Source of the DNA: a virus
Virus genome (UHGV): UHGV-1455077
Strand: one strand, 5' to 3'
Length of the DNA: 64,000 nt
Shown: positions 1 through 8,983 of the stretch, in pieces
Layout: each line of letters starts with the position of its first letter
Numbering within the stretch: position 1 is the stretch's first letter
Program-made: the position numbers and the translations under genes
The notes under the pieces: model-generated
The model's input: only the letters and a program-made list of their open reading frames with translations
Told to the model about the DNA's origin: nothing
Database searches by the model: none

Positions 1-202
1 AAAATTTATATGTATTGGTTTTTTCATCATAAGTATAAGATTGCAACCAATCCGTATGTTTATAAGATTCGATAGATTCATTATATAATTTAATTAATGA
101 TTCTTCAGCCATTTTATAATTATCAAAAACACCGTGAATACTTGTATAATTCATATCTCCAAAATATTCTTTAATTAAAACAAATAATAAATTTTCTCCC
201 AT
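1..202 (-). CDS. hypothetical protein, 5'-partial ORF running off the window start
   Basis: Minus-strand ATG at 202..200 is preceded by AAAGGACAAAAT, and the frame stays open to position 1 (MGENLLFVLIKEYFGDMNYTSIHG...). It is missing from the ORF track because no stop lies inside the window. Confidence 0.4.
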   Translation of the reverse strand, partial: MGENLLFVLIKEYFGDMNYTSIHGVFDNYKMAEESLIKLYNESIESYKHTDWLQSYTYDEKTNTYKF

Positions 203-298
203 ATTTTGTCCTTTTAAAGTTTATATATTTATTTTTAATATGTGTGAATATTAGCAAAGAATAAAAAAATAATCAATATTATTCCAAAAATTAAAGCA

Positions 299-306
299 AT
301 AAATAT
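299..306 (+). promoter_or_regulatory. late-promoter-like motif ATAAATAT (T4 late consensus TATAAATA-like)
   Basis: Octamer 25 nt upstream of the ATG at 332. The same motif and spacing recur upstream of about 15 other genes in this window. Confidence 0.4.
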
Positions 307-331
307 ATCTATAAAGAATTAAGGAAATACA

Positions 332-1516
332 ATGGGTACAAACAATTATCATCTTTATCAAAAAGAAAGAAGTCAAAATTATAATTATATTGACCGTGTA
401 GTAAAAAATTATTTGGAACAAGGTGGTGGACTTTTTCACATTTATCCAATGAAATCAATTATTGATAATAATGGTGGTGAACACGAAATTGGTACTTCTG
501 GATTTTATGTAACTGATGCAGTTTTTAATGAAAACTCTAAACGTAAATACTCCCGTGAAACCTTTGATTTATGGGGTGTTACAATGATGAATACACCAAC
601 ATTTTCTTTTAATTTTGATGGTTTATCATTATTAGATGGCGACCAAAAAGAGATTTCATTTCACTATAATTCAATGGTTGCTCAACTTGGTCGAAAAATT
701 TTAGTTGGAGATGTTATTGAATGGTCTTGGTTACGTGATTTAGATATTTTAGGTTCTGATGAAGCCGCTAATAAATTTTATCAAGTAACTTCATCTGAAC
801 GAGATGAAAAAGGATGGGCGGCAAACTACAAATATCATTTATGGAAAGTTAAATGTAAGCCTATTACTAATTCTCCTGAATTTGAAGATTTATTTAATTA
901 TGATAAAGAAAATGATTTTTATGAAGATGTTAATTCAGGTAATGGTGGTGGTGGTTTAGACCCAAATAATACCGCAGAATCAAGCGAATTAGATATAAAT
1001 GACCAAGTTTTAGAAGAAGCAGAATTAAAAGGGCCTTCATTCAGATTACACGATGAACATCATATTTATTTAGATGAAAACAATAGATTATACGATACTC
1101 ACGGTCGTTTTATTCCACAAGGTATAGATGGTATTCCAAATCAATTAAATTGCATTGATGTACCATTTGGAGAATTTTTTCCTGATTCATCAACTGTTAA
1201 AGATGGTGATTATTATTTAAGAGTAGATATGAATCCACCTAGATTATTTAAAAGATTTACAAATGAACAATCAAAAGAAGGCGGTTGGAGAATGGTTGAA
1301 TATGATAATAGAGAAAAATGGACAGGTGTTCCTATGGTATTAAGAAGTGTTATTAACAATGACACAACTGTTAAATTTGAAGATGGAGAAGTACAACCTG
1401 CTCGTCAAAATATTAAAGACCTTGTTAAAGCAAGAGTTAAAAAAGAACACGGCAAACCAAGACCTTGGAAAGATATTACAATTATTGAGCCAGATGCAAC
1501 TCCAACAGGTATTTAA
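332..1516 (+). CDS. hypothetical protein, possibly a virion protein (late-promoter motif upstream)
   Basis: 394-aa ORF with RBS TAAGGAAATACA before the ATG. ATAAATAT lies at 299..306, 25 nt upstream. A hairpin terminator follows the stop. Confidence 0.6.
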   Translation: MGTNNYHLYQKERSQNYNYIDRVVKNYLEQGGGLFHIYPMKSIIDNNGGEHEIGTSGFYVTDAVFNENSKRKYSRETFDLWGVTMMNTPTFSFNFDGLSLLDGDQKEISFHYNSMVAQLGRKILVGDVIEWSWLRDLDILGSDEAANKFYQVTSSERDEKGWAANYKYHLWKVKCKPITNSPEFEDLFNYDKENDFYEDVNSGNGGGGLDPNNTAESSELDINDQVLEEAELKGPSFRLHDEHHIYLDENNRLYDTHGRFIPQGIDGIPNQLNCIDVPFGEFFPDSSTVKDGDYYLRVDMNPPRLFKRFTNEQSKEGGWRMVEYDNREKWTGVPMVLRSVINNDTTVKFEDGEVQPARQNIKDLVKARVKKEHGKPRPWKDITIIEPDATPTGI

Positions 1517-1547
1517 AAAAATGGTACGCATTGCGTACCATTTTTTA
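1514..1547. terminator. bidirectional rho-independent terminator hairpin
   Basis: AAAAAAATGGTACG-cattg-CGTACCATTTTTT sits between the convergent genes 332..1516 and 1545..2117. Confidence 0.6.
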
Positions 1548-2117
1548 GAATTCATCTAATTGTGTTTCCCAATACTCTTTCGAAAACCAATCATTATCAT
1601 CGTATTCTTTATTTTTACGATTTTTCTTTGCATTTTCTTCCAATTGTCTAATACTTGGAATATATGGTTTATGTATTAAATGCATATGTGATTCCTCAAG
1701 TGTTTTACCACCTTTTTTACTATTACATTCTCTACAAGCTGTAACAATATTATCCCAACAAGTTTTACCGCCTTTACAGCGAGGATGTACGTGGTCAAAT
1801 GTTAAATCATCTGCTTTAAATCTTTTACCACAATATTGGCATACATAATCATCACGAAGATAAACATTTCTTCGAGAAAATTTTGGAGTATGATTAACAT
1901 TTACATACTTTTTTAAAACAACTATTTTAGGCAGTTTCATTTCTTTATTTTGAATAATAATAGAATCATCATATTCTTTAACAACTGATAATCTTCCCTT
2001 TAATAAGGATTTAATAACTTTTTTCATACTATTCAAAGATAATGGGTATCTACTTAAAGGCTGATAATCTCCATTAAGAATTAAAACTGGTCTATTCATT
2101 ATACTTTTATTTGTCAT
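1545..2117 (-). CDS. HNH endonuclease (McrA-like, homing-endonuclease type)
   Basis: CQYCGKRF...DHVHPRCKGGKTCWDNIVTACRECNSKKG is a classic HNH/zinc-finger motif. Its start overlaps the upstream AAA+ gene by 11 nt. Confidence 0.85.
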   Translation of the reverse strand: MTNKSIMNRPVLILNGDYQPLSRYPLSLNSMKKVIKSLLKGRLSVVKEYDDSIIIQNKEMKLPKIVVLKKYVNVNHTPKFSRRNVYLRDDYVCQYCGKRFKADDLTFDHVHPRCKGGKTCWDNIVTACRECNSKKGGKTLEESHMHLIHKPYIPSIRQLEENAKKNRKNKEYDDNDWFSKEYWETQLDEF

Positions 2118-3294
2118 CGTTAATTACTTTTCTAAATTGGTCAATTGTTAATATATTCCATTTGACTTGTCTAATTAATTCTTGTAATGTTGCAGGATTA
2201 ATAAACTCCTTTTTAAATAAATTGTCAAGTCCTAATTTATCAAAAATCATTTTATTTGCCATTTCATTATTTAAATCGGTTAATTCTATTTTATAATCCA
2301 TACGACCATCACGTAAAAAGGCTTCATCTAATTGTTCAATATGATTTGTTGTGAAGAAACAAATTATTCCTTCTGGAGTATATAAACCATCTAATACATT
2401 TAATATATCTGATAATGTTATTTTATTATCTCTTGATGGATTAATAATATCACCCGTCATTTCATTATCAACTCTATTATTAACAGCCGTATCAGCACAG
2501 TCAATATCTTCAAATACAAATATTTTTCTATCAGGTGATGAAATTTGCCATATTAAATCATCAATATCTCTAATAGTTTTTAAACTAATCATTTTAATTT
2601 GAAAATTTAATTCACTTGCTAATGCAAATATCAAAGAACTTTTTCCTGTACCAGGTACACCATATAATAAATAATTTCTTTTATATAAAATGTTATTATT
2701 AATATAATCATTTTTTGATTTTAAGAAATGTTTTATATCATTTAAAATCTTATTTCCAATGTTATCATTTGTATATACACTTGTTAAAGGTCTTTTTGTT
2801 CTTTTAATTTCATTATATCCTTGAATAACAGTTATCTTATTATCATATGCTTCAACTGTATCCTTTAAAGATTCTTCTAATTTTTTAATAAATTTCTTTT
2901 TATTTGCAAAATATACCCTTAAAAATATTTTTAAAGTTACACCATTTGCATCAGATTCCCACGATTTTGAAAAATATACCAATTTTTTAAACATCCATAG
3001 CCAAGTTACTCCATAACCTTCACCAATTTCTTGTTTATTATTAATTTCATATGTATTTTGAAATAAATGTGTTTGATTTTTAATTAATAATTCTAAATTT
3101 TTATTTGGAACACTTTCATAATTGTATATTTTAGCATTATATGAAATTGAAAATGAAATTAATGATATAAGTTTTGTATAAACCCAACCAAAAATTACTT
3201 TACTATGCATAACAAACATTGCAACAATACCGCCACTATACATAGTTGCTAATGCAGGATTTGATTGTACAATTTCTTTAAAAAACTCTAACAT
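2107..3294 (-). CDS. AAA+ ATPase, BCS1-like, with an N-terminal hydrophobic segment
   Basis: Walker A is GVPGTGKSS and Walker B is IFVFEDID. FLRDGRMDYKIEL resembles the BCS1-family sensor region. The N-terminus GGIVAMFVMH...FGWVY looks like a transmembrane helix. Confidence 0.8.
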   Translation of the reverse strand: MLEFFKEIVQSNPALATMYSGGIVAMFVMHSKVIFGWVYTKLISLISFSISYNAKIYNYESVPNKNLELLIKNQTHLFQNTYEINNKQEIGEGYGVTWLWMFKKLVYFSKSWESDANGVTLKIFLRVYFANKKKFIKKLEESLKDTVEAYDNKITVIQGYNEIKRTKRPLTSVYTNDNIGNKILNDIKHFLKSKNDYINNNILYKRNYLLYGVPGTGKSSLIFALASELNFQIKMISLKTIRDIDDLIWQISSPDRKIFVFEDIDCADTAVNNRVDNEMTGDIINPSRDNKITLSDILNVLDGLYTPEGIICFFTTNHIEQLDEAFLRDGRMDYKIELTDLNNEMANKMIFDKLGLDNLFKKEFINPATLQELIRQVKWNILTIDQFRKVINDDK

Positions 3295-3361
3295 TATTTT
3301 TCCTTTTATTTAATTTTACATAATAATATCATTAAATTTAAAAATGTCAAGAACATATAAT

Positions 3362-3397
3362 AAAAAAAGAGGTTGAATTTCTTCAACCTCTTTTTTA
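3362..3397. terminator. rho-independent terminator downstream of the capsid gene
   Basis: AAAAAAAGAGGTTGAA-tttc-TTCAACCTCTTTTTTT is flanked by A/T runs on both sides. Confidence 0.7.
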
Positions 3398-3414
3398 ATA
3401 CTCTTTTCAGCTAA

Positions 3415-4620
3415 TTAGATGAAACGTAAGTTAGCAACTTTAATTTTAGCTAAGAAGTCGCCAGCGTTACCTAAAGAGTTAGCTGGGTTAGTTAAAGCGA
3501 AGAAGCCATAACGTGTGCTTAAAGCCATAACGTGTTCGAATGTATTAGGGTCTAAGATAGTACCTGATGACATTACTGGAATGTATGGGCAATAATAAGC
3601 TGCGGCATCAATTTCATCTGAACCTTTATAACCGATTAAAATATCATCATCTTTAGCATATGTGTTTACATAAACTTTTAATGTGTTATTTAATGTACCA
3701 ACAAATTTATTATTAGTTGGAGCTTCAAATGTACCTTCTGTTGTTCTTACGAACTGTGAAGCAGTAGCTGATTGTAAAACAGATAATACTGTGTGTGAAA
3801 CTACTGACCAGTTAGCAGAAGCTTTTCTGATTTTACGAGCAATTTCGTTTGAGTATCTGTTAATCATAACAGCCAATGCGGCGTGTTCGTCAACAACTGA
3901 TGTTGCAACACCTGAAATTCTGTTTTGGTCATAAGTTGCAACTGGTAAACCAGCAATAGCTTGTAATTTACCTAAAATTTCTTGGTCAATATCTAATACG
4001 ATTTCTTGAGCTAAAGCAGAAGTTAATTCTTGTTCAATATTAGCACCGTATTGAGATTGAGCATCTTGCATAGCTTCTAATGTAAATCTAGCTTTTAATT
4101 TACGAGAGCCAGCTTTAACATCTTCTTTTACGAATTCAATGTTAATATCGTTACCACCAGTACCTTCTAATACAGCAGTATCAGCCGCACCTGGGTTAAC
4201 CATATCTTCATTACCAGAATACCAAGCACCAACTAAGAATGGTGATAATGCTTCTTGACCAGCGATGATACCTGTACCATCAACAGGAGAATTTGTAGCA
4301 TATCTAATTCTCATAGTTGTAATTGTACCAGAAGGGCCTGATAATGGTTGAACACCTACTAATTCGTGTGCCATAACTGTTGGCATAATACGTTTAATTA
4401 AAGGCATCATAACTTTGTTAATAATTGCCACATTTGCGGCAACTGTTGAACCTTGGGTTGCGTGTTCTGCTAAGAATTGTCTACGTACATTTTCTAATAC
4501 AGATTCTGTAATACGTCTACGAGAAGCACCCTTAATGTCAGAAACCATACCTTTTTTCAATCTATTCCAAGCTGATGGACTTTCTAACAATAACACGCTC
4601 TTTTCAATATTTGTTGTCAT
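3415..4620 (-). CDS. major capsid protein, T4 gp23 family
   Basis: The C-terminal segment KVYVNTYAKDDDILIGYKGSDEIDAAAYYCPYIPV...DPNTFEHVMALSTRYGF aligns with T4 gp23 RVYIDQYAKQDYFTVGYKGPNEMDAGIYYAPYV...DPKNFQPVMGFKTRYG. RBS is AGGAGA. The gene follows scaffold and protease as in T4. Confidence 0.9.
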   Translation of the reverse strand: MTTNIEKSVLLLESPSAWNRLKKGMVSDIKGASRRRITESVLENVRRQFLAEHATQGSTVAANVAIINKVMMPLIKRIMPTVMAHELVGVQPLSGPSGTITTMRIRYATNSPVDGTGIIAGQEALSPFLVGAWYSGNEDMVNPGAADTAVLEGTGGNDINIEFVKEDVKAGSRKLKARFTLEAMQDAQSQYGANIEQELTSALAQEIVLDIDQEILGKLQAIAGLPVATYDQNRISGVATSVVDEHAALAVMINRYSNEIARKIRKASANWSVVSHTVLSVLQSATASQFVRTTEGTFEAPTNNKFVGTLNNTLKVYVNTYAKDDDILIGYKGSDEIDAAAYYCPYIPVMSSGTILDPNTFEHVMALSTRYGFFALTNPANSLGNAGDFLAKIKVANLRFI

Positions 4621-4643
4621 TATTTTTTCTCCTAAAAATTACT

Positions 4644-5903
4644 TTAAAATTTGCAATTAGCAATAACTTTATTAATTTCTTCTTCTAAGTCACTACTTAG
4701 ATTGCCTTCATTTAAGTCTATTGCATTTTTGTTTTTACTTTCACCTGTTAAAAATGTAACTTTTTTACCCTCTTTTAACACTCTGTCATTTTTATTTATT
4801 TGATTTGTTGAAGAATTGCCTAAAATCATAGGAATATATCTCTTAATTGATTCTTCCAACTTTTCAGTAGCAATTTCTTTAACCAAATTTTTCATCATAT
4901 TTTGCTTATCAATAGGTAAATGAGCTATTGATTCATTAATAATTTTATCTCTTGATAATTTATTATTGATAGCTGATAATTGATTTACCTGATTTTTAGC
5001 TTCATTTAATTGTTTTTCTAAAACTTTGTTTGAATGCATTAATTTATTCTGTGAAGCTTTAACTGATTCAAACATAGATTTAACAACTTTATCTTCATTA
5101 AAGAATTTAACAGCAAATTCTTTAGCAAATGATTCAAAAATTTTCATACCAAATGCTTTTTTACGATTTTCTGCAATATCTTGACGGAATTGTTTTAATT
5201 CACGTGTAAGTGTTTCTTGCATAAATTTTTGCATTTTAGTTGAAGCTTCTGCAAAGAATTGTTTTTTAGCTTCTGAAATTTTTTCTTTTTGTTCTTGAAC
5301 TAATCTAACTCTTAAAGCATCTAAAGATTTCATTTCATCTTTATGATTTTTTGCTTGCATAGAAACTTGTTCAGAAATAAATTTACCAAATTGTTCTAAT
5401 GCATCGCCCAACTGTTTTCTATCGTTATAATGTTCAGTCATTTCTTTTTTAACTGATTCATTTAACCATTTAGAAGCAGTATCAATAAATTTAGATTTTT
5501 CTTCTTCTAATTTATTTTGCATTGTTGTTTGAACATTTTTTAATTTATTATTAAAGTTTTCTTTAATAACAGCAACTTTATCTGCAACTTCTTTTGCTAC
5601 GTTAGCTTTAGCTTTTTGTAAAGCAAGTTTTTCTTCAATTAATTTTTTTCTATGAATATCAATTTTCTTCATTTCTTCATTAATAGTTTGGCGAGATAAT
5701 TTATCCATAGATTCAATAATTTTTTCTTTATCTTGTTTAGCTTGTTTAGATAATTCTTCATAAACTTCTTTACGAGCTTCATTTTTTAATTCTTTATATT
5801 TTTCAGTCATTAAAGCATTAAATGCATTCTTAGCATCGGCAGTTGTAATATTTAAACTTTCCATAAGTTTTTCATTTAATTCTTTATCTGTCAATCTTGC
5901 CAT
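4644..5903 (-). CDS. prohead scaffolding protein (gp22-like)
   Basis: 419 aa, K/E-rich with predicted coiled-coil character, lying immediately upstream of the capsid gene as in the T4 order 21-22-23. RBS is AAGGAG. Confidence 0.6.
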   Translation of the reverse strand: MARLTDKELNEKLMESLNITTADAKNAFNALMTEKYKELKNEARKEVYEELSKQAKQDKEKIIESMDKLSRQTINEEMKKIDIHRKKLIEEKLALQKAKANVAKEVADKVAVIKENFNNKLKNVQTTMQNKLEEEKSKFIDTASKWLNESVKKEMTEHYNDRKQLGDALEQFGKFISEQVSMQAKNHKDEMKSLDALRVRLVQEQKEKISEAKKQFFAEASTKMQKFMQETLTRELKQFRQDIAENRKKAFGMKIFESFAKEFAVKFFNEDKVVKSMFESVKASQNKLMHSNKVLEKQLNEAKNQVNQLSAINNKLSRDKIINESIAHLPIDKQNMMKNLVKEIATEKLEESIKRYIPMILGNSSTNQINKNDRVLKEGKKVTFLTGESKNKNAIDLNEGNLSSDLEEEINKVIANCKF

Positions 5904-5925
5904 TGTAATGGTCTCCTTTTAACCT

Positions 5926-6606
5926 TTATTTACAGCTCCAGTTTCTAAACCAAGATACAATATCTTCATTTAATTTAGATTCATATCTTGAAGAACTACT
6001 GTTTATTAAATCTTGAGCATTGTTTAATAATTTTTGACCACTACCAGTATACATTAATTTTTCATATATAGGTGTTGGTCTTGCATCTTGAGCTGAAGGG
6101 GTTGCCACAATATCAACTGTAACAATTTCAAAATCTGAAACCGTATTATCATAATCGCTTACATTACCAGAACCACGAGATGATACACCAAGTGGAACTC
6201 CGTCTTGTAATAATCCTTCAACTATTTTTCCTGATGGAGTATTTGATAAAATTTTCATTTTACCAATACCATCGTTTCCCTTCATATGTATTTCTTCAAT
6301 TAAGTGGGAAACATTATGAACATTGATAACCAATGTATCTGGGTGGTCTAATTCTCCTAAAACACCACCGTGCATTTGGATTTGTTCGCTTAAATCATTT
6401 ACTGCACTTTCAATTTCGTGTCTTGGGTAAATACGACCATTAAGGTTTTGAATTTCTCCCTGAATAAAGATACCTTTCAAATACCAATGTTTTTTACGAT
6501 TACCGTTTTCATCAACATAATCAGTCGGGTCAGCCATCATTCGTGACTGACCTGAACTGATATATTCTTGAAGAACTGGTTTATTATTAACTAACATATT
6601 ACCCAT
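5926..6606 (-). CDS. prohead core protease (gp21-like)
   Basis: 226 aa, matching the position and size of T4 gp21 (212 aa) between the core proteins and the scaffold. RBS is AAGGA. The call rests on synteny; no catalytic motif was verified by eye. Confidence 0.55.
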   Translation of the reverse strand: MGNMLVNNKPVLQEYISSGQSRMMADPTDYVDENGNRKKHWYLKGIFIQGEIQNLNGRIYPRHEIESAVNDLSEQIQMHGGVLGELDHPDTLVINVHNVSHLIEEIHMKGNDGIGKMKILSNTPSGKIVEGLLQDGVPLGVSSRGSGNVSDYDNTVSDFEIVTVDIVATPSAQDARPTPIYEKLMYTGSGQKLLNNAQDLINSSSSRYESKLNEDIVSWFRNWSCK

Positions 6607-6621
6607 TCTTACAAATCCTTA

Positions 6622-7665
6622 TTAGTTACCCATCATTGATTTACCAGCGGCAGGTTTATTAGCTGGTTTTTCAACTTTGTGCCATTGTTTAGCACCTTTA
6701 TTTTCAGTTGACTGAACTTTAACTTTTTTATCTGCTGATTCGCCTTTAGAATCAGTTGAACTTACACCTAAACGTGGTTTCTTATTTAATTTCATATCAG
6801 ATAATTTACCAAAGTTCATTGTACCTTTTTTATTTACGCCTTCATCTTCAGAAGTCATTTTTTTACGAGGGTCAGCAATATTTGACCAACCTTCTTCAAT
6901 TGCATCTTCTGAACCATTTTCAGCTTCTAAACGATTTAAAATATCCATTAAATCATCATATGTTTCTTCTGAAACTTCAACAGTACCTTCTGAATCTTCA
7001 CCCATTTCGTGAGCATCCATTTCATCTTCAATACCAGCTTCAATTTCATCTTCACCTTCAGCTTCTAAATCAGATACTAAATCATCACCTTCTGCTTCTT
7101 CAACTTTTATATCTTCTTCAAAATCAAAATCAGAATCGTCATCTTCAACATCTAATTCTTCAACTTCTGAACCATCTTGGAAATGTGAAGAAATTTCATC
7201 AAATAAATCATTAATTTCTTCATCATCAGCGGCACCAGCCATTTCATAATCAGCTTTTAAGTCTTCAATGATTGCTAATGCATCATCATCAGATGATGCT
7301 TCTTCATCATCACCATCACTTAATTTTCTTTCATCAACGATATTACGAAGTTCATCCAATTTACCTCTTACATCATCTGGTAATTCACCTGGATATTTTT
7401 CTTCTAATTCGTCAATAGCAACCATAGTTTGGTCGCTTGCTTCATTTCTACTATCAATTTCATCATTAGAAATTTCACTATTTAATTCATCACCCATATC
7501 AGATACTTCAAAACTTTCATCTTCAGCTTCTAACAAAGAGTAACAATTTTTAGCTTTTAAATCCCATTGACGTTTGAAAAGACGAGTAGCTTTAGCTATA
7601 TCATTATCATTAACCAAAGCATCAAATGCTTCTGCTAATAATTTTCTTTCTAAATCGTTAGTCAT
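6622..7665 (-). CDS. hyper-acidic protein in the head module (prohead core or internal protein candidate)
   Basis: 347 aa with long D/E runs (DDEEASSDDDALAIIEDLKADYEMAGAADDEE...). It sits where T4 has gp67/gp68 and internal proteins. RBS is AAGGAG. Confidence 0.5.
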   Translation of the reverse strand: MTNDLERKLLAEAFDALVNDNDIAKATRLFKRQWDLKAKNCYSLLEAEDESFEVSDMGDELNSEISNDEIDSRNEASDQTMVAIDELEEKYPGELPDDVRGKLDELRNIVDERKLSDGDDEEASSDDDALAIIEDLKADYEMAGAADDEEINDLFDEISSHFQDGSEVEELDVEDDDSDFDFEEDIKVEEAEGDDLVSDLEAEGEDEIEAGIEDEMDAHEMGEDSEGTVEVSEETYDDLMDILNRLEAENGSEDAIEEGWSNIADPRKKMTSEDEGVNKKGTMNFGKLSDMKLNKKPRLGVSSTDSKGESADKKVKVQSTENKGAKQWHKVEKPANKPAAGKSMMGN

Positions 7666-7755
7666 TTAATTAACTCCTTAATTGTTAAAAAATATTTTGT
7701 TCTATTTGTATTTATAAAAACTTATTAAGTTTTGATGAAAATTAGTATTTTTCTC

Positions 7756-7784
7756 TTGACAAATTAAAAAAATAATATACTATA
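7756..7784 (+). promoter_or_regulatory. sigma70-like promoter (TTGACA -N16- TACTAT)
   Basis: TTGACA is at 7756..7761. An AT-rich -10 candidate lies 16-19 nt downstream, ahead of the plus-strand gene at 7813. Confidence 0.4.
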
Positions 7785-7812
7785 TAAAAAAATTTATTGA
7801 TAAGGATAAAAA

Positions 7813-8016
7813 ATGGAAACTATTAAAAATATTTCATTGGATGATGCTTTTGCTTGCTTCCAAATTGAATATTCAAAATCTTATACAAACGTTTATTACA
7901 CATCAAATATTGCCGATAAAGATGTATATGGATTTTTTGCTGATGGTGTTGAAAAAGGTTATTGGTATAATGAACCATTAGATAAAAATAAAAATGGAAC
8001 AGCAATCTATTATTAA
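7813..8016 (+). CDS. hypothetical small protein (plus-strand insert inside the head module)
   Basis: 67-aa ORF with RBS AAGGATAAAAA and its own TTGACA promoter. Confidence 0.4.
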   Translation: METIKNISLDDAFACFQIEYSKSYTNVYYTSNIADKDVYGFFADGVEKGYWYNEPLDKNKNGTAIYY

Positions 8017-8032
8017 ACAATGGAGAAATAAT

Positions 8033-8308
8033 ATGTCTAAACTTAAATTATCCAATCTAAATGTTGTTGGCTGTTATAAGCATCCAACAAAAGATGTAGA
8101 ATGTGTTAAATTAATAAATGGACAAATATATGAACGCTTTTTTAATCCTTTTATTAAAGATTGGTCTGATTGGTCATTAGTAAAATCTTATAAATTAGAA
8201 AGGCATTTTGAAAAAAATAACACATATAATAATGTGTATGATATTAAATTTGTTTTAACATTACCAAATGGAATGAAATTATTAGATATTCCATTTGAAA
8301 AATTATAA
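8033..8308 (+). CDS. hypothetical small protein
   Basis: The ORF track gives 7994..8308. The internal ATG at 8033 (MSKLKLSNL...) has RBS GGAGAAATAAT and avoids overlapping the previous gene. Confidence 0.4.
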   Translation: MSKLKLSNLNVVGCYKHPTKDVECVKLINGQIYERFFNPFIKDWSDWSLVKSYKLERHFEKNNTYNNVYDIKFVLTLPNGMKLLDIPFEKL

Positions 8309-8316
8309 TTTTTTCA

Positions 8317-8344
8317 TTGACAATTAAAAAATATATGTTATATT
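8317..8344 (+). promoter_or_regulatory. sigma70-like promoter (TTGACA -N16- TATATT)
   Basis: TTGACA at 8317..8322 and TATATT at 8339..8344 precede RBS AAGGAG and the ATG at 8366. Confidence 0.45.
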
Positions 8345-8365
8345 TCCATTATAAGGAGATATACT

Positions 8366-8683
8366 ATGAAAAAACATATGATTATTAAAAAGAAAGATAA
8401 TGAAAAACTTTATCAAGAGATTTTCAAACGTGTTAAAAATCAGTATGATTGGGCAATGAAACAATCTGCTGAATGTCATTTTCCTTGGATGCCGTATTTT
8501 AAACAATACTTCATTTCAAATATGGAAAAACCCAAATTCCATTCTGAAAAAACGAAAGATAAATTATATATTCGTGCATTGCGTGAATTAAAAATTCTTC
8601 CCAATGAAGGAGAACCTATTCCTGAATATATGTATGATGCTTATGAAACCAAATATGGTGAAAAATTAAAAGAGAGTATGTAA
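8366..8683 (+). CDS. hypothetical protein
   Basis: 105 aa with a strong RBS (AAGGAGATATACT) and its own promoter. Confidence 0.5.
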   Translation: MKKHMIIKKKDNEKLYQEIFKRVKNQYDWAMKQSAECHFPWMPYFKQYFISNMEKPKFHSEKTKDKLYIRALRELKILPNEGEPIPEYMYDAYETKYGEKLKESM

Positions 8684-8695
8684 TATACTCTCTTT
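8669..8695. terminator. bidirectional terminator hairpin overlapping two convergent stop codons
   Basis: AAAGAGAGTAT-gtaat-ATACTCTCTTT has a perfect 11-bp stem. The plus-gene stop TAA lies in the loop, and the minus-gene stop (8695..8697) begins at the last stem base. Confidence 0.6.
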
Positions 8696-8973
8696 TACAT
8701 TGGCATTCCACCACCTAAATCTCCACCCATTCCTTCTGGATTTTCTAAATTTGGGCCGTAAAGAATTGGAACAAATACAGAATCTTGTGCTAATTCTTCT
8801 CTTTTACTATTACGAATTTTTTTTAATCTGTTAATATCAGATAATTTAAGCACTTTTTTTCGTTTTTTAAATATTTTTGGAATATTCTTATCATCCATTC
8901 TATCATATGGTTTATCCATATCATCATTATCATTTTCTAATAAAATTGTCAATTCTTTTAACATTGTACTCAT
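8695..8973 (-). CDS. small head protein (prohead core gp67/gp68-like candidate) with a Gly/Met-rich C-terminal tail
   Basis: The ORF track gives 8695..9075. The internal ATG at 8973 (MSTMLKELTILL...) has RBS AAAGGAAAAACA and avoids overlapping the portal gene. The protein ends ...PEGMGGDLGGGMPM. Confidence 0.45.
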   Translation of the reverse strand: MSTMLKELTILLENDNDDMDKPYDRMDDKNIPKIFKKRKKVLKLSDINRLKKIRNSKREELAQDSVFVPILYGPNLENPEGMGGDLGGGMPM

Positions 8974-8983
8974 TGTTTTTCCT

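Noticed and set aside
6756-7543. Plus-strand ORFs 6756..7214 and 7268..7543 (His/Leu/Gln-rich or Ser-rich) opposite the acidic gene
   Set aside because: They are low-complexity shadow frames of the GA/TC-rich codons of the minus-strand acidic protein. They have no RBS and a repetitive composition.
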